Source: Macrostomum lignano
Lineage: Eukaryota
Assembly: GCA_002269645.1 (NCBI GenBank)
Contig: NIVC01000200.1
Location: forward strand, 496,001-560,000
Length of the DNA stretch: 64,000 bases
Direction of reading: 5' to 3'
Positions within the stretch are counted from its first letter, which is position 1, and every line of letters starts with the position of its first letter. Of this stretch, positions 48,346 to 58,787 are shown piece by piece. Below the pieces are notes generated by a model. That model had not been told where the DNA came from and did no database searches. It saw only the letters and a program-made list of their open reading frames with translations. The position numbers were made by a program, and so were the translations under genes.

Positions 48346-48476
48346 CAGCAATGGGTAACAGTATGATTTCGTGAATATAAATAGATACTCGCTACTGATT
48401 AAGTAGTGTCACTTATTTATTGCTAAATACTACGTGGCGGATTTGCTAAATTGCTACAAAATCTGTCCATCGCCAG

Positions 48477-48796
48477 GCCCCCTGTTCATTTGCCTGTGGG
48501 AGGACAACGAGCCCGAGGTGCGCCGGGCGTCCGCAAAAAACCTGGTCGCCTTTGCGGACGCCTGCTCGAAAGACACATTGAACAGTCAGCTGGTGCCCAA
48601 GCTCAAGGAGCACCTGGTGAATGAGCACGACGATCGAGTCCGGCGGGAGATCATCGCGGAGACGGCCAGACTGTTGACTAAAATTCGTAAAGAGGATTCC
48701 ACTGAATTGGTAAAAACTGTAGTCAGCCTGATCACAGAGAGCGGCTCTGCCGGGGCCAAACAGGCCGTGTTCGACCATCTGAAGGACATCCTGGCT
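48477..48796 (+). CDS. ppp2r1a: PP2A-A-like exon 5
   Basis: Acceptor cgccag|GC. LWEDNEPEVRRASAKNL aligns to MKDCEAEVRAAASHKV. Donor GCT|gtgagt. Confidence 0.9.
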
Positions 48797-48889
48797 GTGA
48801 GTGACCTTCTAATGTCCTTAATATATCCTAATTATTGTAGAAAATATTTATTGTTTTTGTAAATCACTCACTGATTGCTCAAATTGGTG

Positions 48890-49945
48890 ATTAAGAATCG
48901 GTCAAATTGGGGATTAAGAATCGGTCAAATTGGGGATTAAGAATCGGTCAAATTGGGGATTAAGAATCGGTCAAATTGGGGATTAAGAATCGGTCAAATT
49001 GGGGATTAAGAATCGGTCAAATTGGGGATTAAGAATCGGTCAAATTGGGGATTAAGAATCGGTCAAATTGGGGATTAAAAATCGGTCAAATTGGGGATTA
49101 AAAATCGGTCAAATTGGGGATTAAGAATCGGTCAAATTGGGGATTAAGAATCAGTCAAATTGGGGATTAAGAATCGGTCAAATTAGGGATTAAGAATCGG
49201 TCAAATTGGGGATCAAGAATCGGTCAAATTGGGGATCAAGAATCGGTCAAATTGGGGATTAAAAATCGGTCAAATTGGGGATCAAGAATCGGTCAAATTG
49301 GGGATTAAGAATCGGTCAAATTGGGGATTAAGAATCGGTCAAATTGGGGATTAAGAATCGGTCAAATTGGGGATCAAGAATCGGTCAAATTGGGGATCAA
49401 GAATCGGTCAAATTGGGGATTAAAAATCGGTCAAATTGGGGATTAAGAATCGGTCCAATTGGGGATTAAGAATCGGTCAAATTGGGGATTAAGAATCGGT
49501 CAAATTGGGGATCAAGAATCGGTCAAATTGGGGATTAAGAATCGGTCAAATTGGGGATTAAGAATCGGTCAAATTGGGGATCAAGAATCGGTCAAATTGG
49601 GGATTAAGAATCGGTCAAATTGGGGATTAAGAATCGGTCAAATTGGGGATTAAGAATCGGTCAAATTGGGGATTAAGAATCGGTCAAATTGGGGATCAAG
49701 AATCGGTCAAATTGGGGATTAAGAATCGGTCAAATTGGGGATTAAGAATCGGTCAAATTGGGGATCAAGAATCGGTCAAATTGGGGATTAAGAATCGGTC
49801 AAATTGGGGATTAAGAATCGGTCAAATTGGGGATTAAGAATCGGTCAAATTGGGGATTAAGAATCGGTCAAATTGGGGATTAAGAATCGGTCAAATTGGG
49901 GATTAAGAATCGGTCAAATTGGGGATTAAGAATCGGTCAAATTGG
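48890..49945. repeat. 23-bp minisatellite AAGAATCGGTCAAATTGGGGAT(T/C) (intron 5)
   Basis: About 46 copies. Confidence 0.96.
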
Positions 49946-50041
49946 GGGTTAAAAGCTCGGACTATAAAGGAATTAAGATTAAGAATTACTCACAAATCAA
50001 ATTTCTAAATACGCCACCCGATCGCCTCACGCTATACTCAG

Positions 50042-50164
50042 GTCACCCCGCCGGCCGACCTGAAGAACACCATCATCCCCAGTCTGATGAAGCTCTACAG
50101 TGATCAGAACTGGCGAGTTCGTCTTGGCGTCGTCAAAAATCTGCCCGAATTAATGAGCGCCGTG
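50042..50164 (+). CDS. ppp2r1a: PP2A-A-like exon 6
   Basis: Acceptor actcag|GTC. IIPSLMKLYSDQNWRVRLGVVKNLP aligns to [25 protein letters not shown]. Donor GTG|gtaatt. Confidence 0.9.
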
Positions 50165-50329
50165 GTAATTATAATTTTATTACTTTTGGCTATAATTCTG
50201 CTTCTACTGAGTAGTAAGAAGAGCGCACACTCGCTTATTTTATTATTTTCATTTTCCTTGCGGGGGAGCGCCATATCCTTTCCTTTCAGCATCTCAGCTG
50301 GGGTCAGTTGCCCCTCCTTTCAATGTCTC

Positions 50330-51040
50330 GGACGGGGTCACTGCCCCTTCAGTGTCTTAGGTGGGGTCACTGCCCCTTCACTGTCTTAGGTGGGGTCACT
50401 GCCCCTTCAGTGTCTTAGGTGGGGTCACTGCCCCTTCAGTGTCTTAGGTGGGGTCACTGCCCCTTCAGTGTCTTAGGTGGGGTCACTGCCCCTTCAGTGT
50501 CTTAGGTGGGGTCACTGCCCCTTCAGTGTCTTAGGTGGGGTCACTGCCCCTTCAGTGTCTTAGGTGGGGTCACTGCCCCTTCAGTGTCTTAGGTGGGGTC
50601 ACTGCCCCTTTAGTGTCTTAGGTGGGGTCACTGCCCCTTCAGTGTCTTAGGTGGGGTCACTGCCCCTTCAGTGTCTTAGGTGGGGTCACTGCCCCTTCAG
50701 TGTCTTAGGTGGGGTCACTGCCCCTTCACTGTCTTAGGTGGGGTCACTGCCCCTTCAGTGTCTTAGGTGGGGTCACTGCCCCTTTAGTGTCTTAGGTGGG
50801 GTCACTGCCCCTTCAGTGTCTTAGGTGGGGTCACTGCCCCTTCAGTGTCTTAGGTGGGGTCACTGCCCCTTCAGTGTCTTAGGTGGGGTCACTGCCCCTT
50901 CAGTGTCTTAGGTGGGGTCACTGCCCCTTCAGTGTCTTAGGTGGGGTCACTGCCCCTTCAGTGTCTTAGGTGGGGTCACTGCCCCTTCAGTGTCTTAGGT
51001 GGGGTCACTGCCCCTTCACTGTCTTAGGTGGGGTCACTGC
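50330..51040. repeat. 29-bp minisatellite GGGGTCACTGCCCCTTCAGTGTCTTAGGT (intron 6)
   Basis: About 24 near-identical copies, periodicity 50401 to 50430. Confidence 0.96.
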
Positions 51041-51173
51041 CTCTTCCTTTAATGTCTCAGGTGGGTCACTGACCCCTGCCTTCAGTGCCTCAGCTCTGAG
51101 CCCTAACCTTATGAGCAGTCGCACAATTCAGTTAAAATGGCCAATTCCCATCATAAATCCGCTCTGCCCGCAG

Positions 51174-51389
51174 GACGAAGCCCAGATCAGCGGCACGCTG
51201 GTCCCGGCCTACATCTCCTGGCTAAAAGATTCCGCTAGCGAAATTCGCGACTCGGCCGCGCAAGCCCTTGGTAGAGTTGTAAAGGATCATAAAAGCCTGA
51301 CTGATGGCATCGCTAAAAGTGCCAGCCTAGCGGCCCTGGCCACCGAAGGCAACTATCAGTTTAGAAAAGTGTGGATCACTTGCGCCGTG
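51174..51389 (+). CDS. ppp2r1a: PP2A-A-like exon 7
   Basis: Acceptor ccgcag|GAC. WLKDSASEIRDSAAQAL aligns to WLVDHVYAIREAATSNL, followed by GNYQFRK. Donor GTG|gtaagt. Confidence 0.9.
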
Positions 51390-51769
51390 GTAAGTTCTCC
51401 TTATTATTGTTGTCGTTTTTAAAGAGCACAGTTTTTTAAGTGTTTTTTTGCTGCGTAGACACAGCGGCGCTTAGTAGTTACGATTTTCTTTGAAGGCTTT
51501 TTTGACGATGCTATTTTGCGCCGAGAGTTTCTTGTAGCTGGTTATTTTTTGTTTTCATTTCGTCTTTTCCTGATAGAGAAATTTGTGTCTGCCGCTGCGC
51601 AGTTTTATTTGTTAAACTAAGCTTAATTCGGTTCATGTGCGTTCCGGATGTCTGGTGCTGACGTCTGTTTGGGAAAATAAAAAATCCAACTTTCAATCGT
51701 TTATATTCCATAATCTCGAATCTAAAATCCCAATTCTACACATAAAATCCCCACCCAGAAACTGAGAAT

Positions 51770-52405
51770 CTTAATCCTCAAACCAGAAATCCCAAAGCTC
51801 AAACCGGTAGTCCCAATCCCCAAACCGGAAATCCCAATCCCCAGACCCGAAATCCCAATCCTCAAACCAGAAATCCCAAAGCTCAAACCAGAAATCCCAA
51901 TCCCCAAACCAGAAATCCCAATCCCCAAACCAGAAATCCCAAAGCAGAAATCCCAATCCTCAAACCAGAAATCCCAAAGCTCAAACCGGAAGTCCCAATC
52001 CTCAAACCAGAAATCCCAAAGCTCAAACCGGAAGTCCCAATTCTCAAACTAGAAATCCCAAAGCTCCAACCGGAAGTCCAAATCCCCAAACCAGAAATCT
52101 CAAAGCTCAAACCAGAAATCCCAATCCCCAAACCAGAAATCCCAAACCTCAAACCAGAAATCCCTATCCCCAAACCAGAAATCCCAATCCCCAAACCAGA
52201 AATCCCAATCCCCAAACTAGAAATCCCAATCCCCAAACCAGAAATTTCAAAGCTCAAACCAGAAATCCCAATCCCCAAACCAGAAATCCCAAAGCTCAAA
52301 CCAGAAATCCCAATCCCCAAAGCAGAAATCCCAAAGCAGAAATCCCAAGGCTCAAACCAGAAATCCCAATCCCCAAAGCAGAAACCCCAAAGCAGAAATC
52401 CCAAT
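51770..52405. repeat. 21-bp minisatellite CCAGAAATCCCAA(TCCC/AGCT)CAAA (intron 7)
   Basis: About 30 copies. Confidence 0.94.
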
Positions 52406-52524
52406 CCTCAAGGAAAAAGGACTTGACGTCAAAGGATAATTGCTGTGCTGACAGATTAGCCATGTTTCAGACTAATTAGTATCCTGAAAAATTATTTTAC
52501 GGTTTTTACTTTTCCATCTTGCAG

Positions 52525-52664
52525 GAACTGATGGACAAGGGCGCCGCTTCATGCATCCCGGTTCTGGTGCCGCAGCTGATGAAGCTGTCATCGGATAAGG
52601 TGCCCAACGTTCGTTTAGCCGTTGTCAAGGCTCTGGTTCGGCTGGCAACGCATTTCGACGCAAA
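52525..52664 (+). CDS. ppp2r1a: PP2A-A-like exon 8
   Basis: Acceptor ttgcag|GAA. LMKLSSDKVPNVRLAVVKAL aligns to DPVANVRFNVAKSL. Donor AA|gttagt is phase 2. Confidence 0.9.
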
Positions 52665-52759
52665 GTTAGTTGAAATGTTTTTGTTTGCATTTTTTAGACA
52701 AAAAGGGGTTTTTAGGCAATGTAGCTTTGGTTAATAGTTAAAGTAGCGCTGATCAGTAG

Positions 52760-53315
52760 ACAAAGTAGAGTCGGCTGGTAGGCAGAGTAGAGTTGATGCG
52801 TAGGCAAAGGTAGAGTCGGTAGGTTGGCTAAGGTAGAGTCGGTTGGTAGGCAGAGTAGAGTTGATACGTAGGCAAAGGTAGAGTCGGTAGGTTGGCAAAG
52901 GTAGAGTCGGTTGGTAGGCAGAGTAGAGTTGATACGTAGGCAAAGGTAGAGTCGGTAGGTTGGCAAAGGTAGAGTCGGTTGGTAGGCAGAGTAGAGTTGA
53001 TACGTAGGCAAAGGTAGAGTCGGTAGGTTGGCAAAGGTAGAGTCGGTTGGTAGGCAAGGTAGAGTCGGTTGGTAGGCAAAGTAGAGTTGGTATGTAGGCA
53101 AGGTAGATTCGGTAGGTAGGCAAGGTAGAGTCGGTAGGTAGGCAAGGTAGAGTCGGTAGGTAGGTAGGCAAGGTAGGGTCGGTAGGTAGGCAAGGTAGAG
53201 TCGGTAGGTAGGTAGGCAAGGTAGGGTCGGTAGGTAGGCAAGGTAGAGTCGGTAGGTAGGTAGGCAAGGTAGGGTCGGTAGGTAGGCAAGGTAGAGGCGG
53301 TAGGTAGGCAAGGTG
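52760..53315. repeat. G-rich compound minisatellite (AGGCAAGGTAGAGTCGGTAGGT variants; intron 8)
   Basis: Direct reading, with variable unit length. Confidence 0.9.
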
Positions 53316-53427
53316 TTGAGTCGCTATATGTAAACAAAGTTAGTCATCCAGTTTACAAAGATAAGGACATTTGTGAATATGTTATCTATTCGTATTAAAA
53401 TAGATAATCTCACTGCCTTTTTTCCAG

Positions 53428-53519
53428 CATCATTAAAAAGGACATTATCAGTCCGTTAGTCGAACTGTCAAAAGATGAAGACGCAGACGTCAGATTCTAT
53501 GCCGAAGAAGCTGTTAGCA
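53428..53519 (+). CDS. ppp2r1a: PP2A-A-like exon 9
   Basis: Acceptor ttccag|C. SPLVELSKDEDADVRFYAEEAV aligns to HEAT15 [23 protein letters not shown]. Donor A|gtgagt is phase 1. Confidence 0.9.
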
Positions 53520-53869
53520 GTGAGTTGTCATTGATTGTTTCTATTAGAGTTTATTGCGATGCAATCTTGTCCAGCTTTTTGCTTGCTTTTCAACTTGTCT
53601 TTGATTGATTGATTTTCACCAATATAAGAAACTGTTTGATTTGCAGCTTGCCAAATTATTATTTTTAAAAAATCAGAACTCTTGTATTAAAAATTTACGC
53701 AAGTCCGTCGTCTTAGGGAATTTCCAACTTGCCGTTTCCCGGAACTCCAGTGTCCGAAGATTCCATTTTATCAAACTGAGTGAAATCCCTCAGTTTTAAC
53801 CTTCAAACAATCTATAAAAACATTGATTTTTTGCATCGTACGAGGAATCTGTGTGTACTATCTGTCAAT

Positions 53870-54315
53870 TCATTAATCCATCAATTAATCTATCAACTAA
53901 TCAATCAATCGTCAATCAATCAATCAACCAAGCAATCAATCGTCAATCAATCAGTCAGTCAATCAATTGATCAATTAATCATTCAATCAATCAGTCAGTC
54001 AATCAATCAATCATTCGATCAATCAGTCAGTCAATCACTCAGTCAATCAATGAATCAATTGTTCAAAAAATCATTCAATCAATCAGTCAGTCAATCAATC
54101 ATTCAATCAATGAATCAATTGATCAAAAAATCATTCAATCAATCAGTCAGTCAATCAATCAGTCAGTCAATCAATCATTCAATCAATGAATCAATTGATC
54201 AAAAAATCATTCAATCAATCAGTCAGTCAATCAATCAATCATTCAATCAATGAATCAATTGATCAAAAAATCATTCAATCAATCAGTCTGTCAATCAATC
54301 AGTCAATCAATCAAT
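53870..54315. repeat. (TCAA/TCAG)n microsatellite with higher-order block (intron 9)
   Basis: Direct reading. The ATGAATCAATTGATCAAAAAATCATTC block repeats. Confidence 0.92.
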
Positions 54316-54343
54316 TACTCAGTAACGTTGTTTTCTTGTCAAG

Positions 54344-54732
54344 TTTCGGCTTTGCGTCCAGTTTCGTTTAAACTTGACGGCGGCATGCCCTCTCAATCCC
54401 TATATCGCTATTTTGTTCGCATCCCTTCTTCACTCGCCGTCGCAGAGCAAATTTATAACAAACACGTCAAAGATGCCAAGCCAGTGCCGCGTAGTGCCGC
54501 GGGCGGCGGCGAAGACGCAAAATCCTCTTCGGCCTCCTCTTTCGGAGCCGCCTCCGCCGCCGCCTCCGCGGCGTCTGGGTCGCAGAAATCTTCGACATCG
54601 GGGTCGGCGGCAAAGCCAGCGTCTCCGGCTGATAAAAAAGCTGCCGCAACAGCGGGTGCTGGCAAATCTGGCGGCAAGGGTGAGGATGCAGCTGCTCCGC
54701 TAACGGAGCACACCGGAAATGAGAATTTATAA
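54344..54732 (+). CDS. ppp2r1a: PP2A-A-like exon 10 (non-canonical C-terminal extension)
   Basis: Acceptor ttgtcaag|TT is phase 1 and in frame with ORF 54250..54732. GC-rich coding-like composition, stop TAA then AT-rich sequence with aataaa at about 54736. The joined CDS is 2202 nt (733 aa). Confidence 0.72.
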
Positions 54733-54874
54733 TGAATAAAAATCTATATAATTTAAGCAGATAAACAACGTTATGATATTAACAGCGTTAAAACCCAAAA
54801 GTAAAATGATAATAATAGTACTGGTAGCGGATGTGAAATTAAAAGTTTTATTTATAACAATAATAATACCGGAT

Positions 54875-55325
54875 TTGGAATGATTCTAGTGAAACCGGAA
54901 GTTGTCTAACAATGATAAAAAAGATTTAGAATGATTCTAGTGAAACCGGAAGTTGTCTGACAATGATAAAAAAGATTTAGAATGATTCTAGTGAAACCGG
55001 AAGTTGTCTATCAATAATAAACATTAAATTTGTAATGATTCTGGTGAAACCGGAAGTTGTCTATCAAAGATAAAAATTAGATTTGGAATGATTCTAGTGA
55101 AACCGGAAGTTGTCTATCAATGATAAAAAATAGATTTGGAATGATTCTGGTGAAACCGGAAGTTGTCTATCAATGATAAACATTATATTTGGAATGGTTC
55201 TAGTGAAACCGGAAGTTGTCTATCAATGATAAACATTAGATTTGTAATGATTCTAGTGAAACCGGAAGTTGTCTATCAATGATAATCATTAGATTTATGA
55301 TGATTCTAGTGCAACCGGAAGTTGC
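54875..55325. repeat. 51-53-bp tandem repeat, 9 copies, each with AACCGGAAGTTG
   Basis: ATGATTCT(A/G)GTGAAACCGGAAGTTGTCTA recurs at about 54893, 54944, 54995, 55048, 55101, 55154, 55207, 55260 and 55313. Confidence 0.93.
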
Positions 55326-55944
55326 ATAATAATGATAGTAATAAATTTGGTAGGATAAGACAATGATAAGTTTACTTTGTATCGGTCCAGTGAAAAACAA
55401 TTCGTATTAAAAGAATTGTTCAGAGTGCAGATACAACTTACTAACAACGATTCTATTAAAGAAGAAAATTGTCTTTAAAAGAAAAAAGCATTTACCGCGA
55501 TGAGCTTGAAACGATTTCGCAGCGCAATGACAACTAGGAAATGCAAACAAAGTAGAATTCGCGTATTCAAGTGGATAAATGTTTGTTTAGCTAGACTAGA
55601 CATCCGGAATTGCTTGATTGACAGTTTTAAGTTTGATGGTTTGTCAGTCTGCTTTTCGGGTGAAGGGCTGCGAAGTTTATTTTAGGTATAAATAGTGTTG
55701 TGTCTCGGAGCATTACTGGTGTGCTCATGGGTTAACATTTTTGCCGGACATCTGCAGCACTTAACCTGTGTTTACTTTTACTTAATAAATAGATTTTCAT
55801 AGATTAGAGCATCATTTTGTCTTTATATTAATTCCATTTTTATGCATTAACTTGTCACCAATATAACCAAGCTTTCTGTTGTAAATTACTCGGAGTTTGT
55901 GTTTAGTTGTAATTATTTGCTGTTCCTTTGCTGTGAATATATGT

Positions 55945-56272
<328 letters not shown>

Positions 56273-57124
56273 TCATCTACCCATTTAACTAAGTAGTGCT
56301 GTCTTACATTCAATTGCTATAATTAAGTATATAATTTTTAATACCCACAACAAAGAATATAATTTTTACTTTCATTAAACTCATACTAACACACCTGGCC
56401 TGTTTCAGATTTAAAGAAATAATCAGGATTCAATCAGCTTCACCGTCGATGGCCTCAGTAAGACAGATTTTAATTTGCGCGGACAGTAAAGCATCACATT
56501 ATGAAATTCCCATTAGCTGATTAATGGTGAATCGTAATCAGCTAACAGAAGCTCTGCTTGGTTATTAATTGGCCTGATTATGTTGTTAGTAGAAACGTAA
56601 AACTCTCTTTTATTTTATATTTTCTACATTCATATAAACTCGTGTTTTTTGTTAATTGTTTTTCATATGAATTTTGTACTAAAAAATTGAAATTCTCTTT
56701 CTAATACAAGATACTTTGCAGTATAAAGTTTATCGAAGTGAAATTGTTACTATACATAATTAATTGAGCTTTCTGGTAACTAAAGACAATTAAACTTGCA
56801 TCTACACTATTGTTTGCCCTTTTCACTTAGAGGCGAGGGGCTGTTTGCTGCCCATTACTGCCCATTCCGCCGACTCCCCTGAGCAGGCACACAAGCGCGC
56901 GGATACGTACGCAGTCATTACACACAGGCACTCACACAGGAGTGTACAGCGGCCCTAACTTTATTTATTTTTAGCCATGTACACTTCACTGTGCCTTGGA
57001 GGGTTGGCCCTAAAGGCCGTTAATTGCACGAGCAGAGCCAAATAAAGATTCCAATTTAGACTGCACTTGAAATCGAGCCTGGGCCGCTGGGCTATTTATA
57101 ATAATCCTATTCCACCATTTAAAA

Positions 57125-57445
57125 GGGGGTTGTAGCCAAGTGGTTAAAGCGTCGGACTCACGACTTGAAGGTCGGGGGCTCGATTCCCGATCCCACTGGA
57201 ACAATTTGTGTCCTTGAGCAAGACACTTAACTCTGCATTGCTTCAGTTCACTCAGCTGTAAAATGGGTGCCAGCATTAGCTGGGGTAATGAAGGGTATGT
57301 TGTGGCGACCCCCCCCCCCAGTCCTTGGACTGAACAGCCGTACGCAGCCTTCAGATGCACTGCGCAATAGCTGCGGCTGAGCTGTCGGTTGCACATCTGG
57401 CCCAATTGGGGCAGGTGTAATCAATTATTATTATTAATATTATTT
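57125..57445 (+). mobile_element. tRNA-derived CORE-SINE, copy C (most complete)
   Basis: GGGGGTTGTAGCCAAGTGG (A box)...GGCTCGATTCC (B box), then CORE-like segment, 3' body and (TTA)n tail. Confidence 0.88.
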
Positions 57446-58494
57446 ATAAACTACTTAAGCACCCTTTGTTGTCTGATTTTTAGAAAACACATTTCTTCTT
57501 AGTATTAAAAACAATAATTAACAAAAAAGTTTGTTCTTACAAAGTCTACTTCGATACATATCGTTAGTTAGACTAGTAGTTTAGATGATTTTTGTGCTTG
57601 TTTAGCAGCAACAGAGCAGGATCTCTATTTGTTTTTTAGTGTTTCTGTATGTGTGTGTTTTTGACACTCTGATTACAAAATGATAACTTTATTTATTATG
57701 TATTGTGATTAGTAACGTGCGTATTTTGCTTATAATAGACAATTAAAACAAAATATATGCAAGTATAATAATAATTAAAAAGTGTACCTTTTAAATCTGT
57801 TTTTACTATGTGTATTTTATGTATGTTTGATTTCAATTTAAAGACTTTCGCACGAAGTTCTTCGTTACTGAATTTGTTACTGTATACTAATATTTTATTT
57901 AATATTTATTCGCATCGAAAATGAGACATTCTTGAAAGCACAATAGACAGCATCTAATATAAATAAATATATCTATTTCAAGACTAAAAATGCTTTGTGT
58001 ATGCTTTCTATCGATTGTTTTTTTAGCGTCCTATATGTTGCTTGCTTACTTTGTTTAAGACTATAAAGTCAGTTTTCGTTTTCTAGAAACTAGAAAAAAG
58101 TCTGGGCCGTTGCCTTGAAAATTCTTACCATAAAAGTACAAAACCATTTTGAATTCTTCCATTCCACTTTTCCGTCAGGCGGGTATATCTAGAAGAGAAT
58201 TAATGTCTAGAAGTATGCATTTTTCTATAGTGCTATAATGAACATACTGTCAAAAATATTTCCGCACAGATCAGGGACCTTTGTAGATACCTGGCTTTGA
58301 TAAATATTCTGCTAGTCATGATCCGCCTTCAGTACGAATATCAAGATGATGTCCTTGGTAGTTTCAGACCTCCAACGTTGCCAGTGAAACCATAAATATT
58401 CGCTTAGCAGTCCATATTTGGCAGTCAGGAGTTGCAGGCTTAGTTGCACGACTTTTAGCTTTAAAAGTGGACTTATTTGATAAAAATAAGAACC

Positions 58495-58730
58495 AAATGA
58501 GAGCCCCATTCAGACACCAACTGAGAGCCCCATTCAGACACCAAATGAGAACCCCATTCAGACACCAAACGAGAACCCCATTCAGACACCAAACGAGAAC
58601 CTCATTCAGACACCAAATGAGAACCCCATTCAGACACCAAATGAGAACCTCATTCAGACACCAAATGAGAACCCCATTCAGACACCAAATGAGAACCCGA
58701 TTCAGACACCAAATGAGAACCCTATTCTGA
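58495..58730. repeat. 24-bp minisatellite GAGAACCCCATTCAGACACCAAAT
   Basis: About 10 copies ending about 58 bp before the FBXO9-like ATG. Confidence 0.94.
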
Positions 58731-58787
58731 CACTAAAGCAGTCATTCAAGGATGTACTTCAATTCATTGCGCTAATAAATTTCATGC

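Noticed and set aside
50330-51040. Palindromic 29-bp direct repeats resembling a CRISPR array
   Set aside because: Units are contiguous with no unique spacers, there are no cas genes, and the locus is a eukaryotic intron.
57125-57197. Apparent tRNA gene with A and B boxes
   Set aside because: The acceptor and T stems are imperfect and it continues into a CORE body and (TTA)n tail shared with two other copies, so it is a SINE head.
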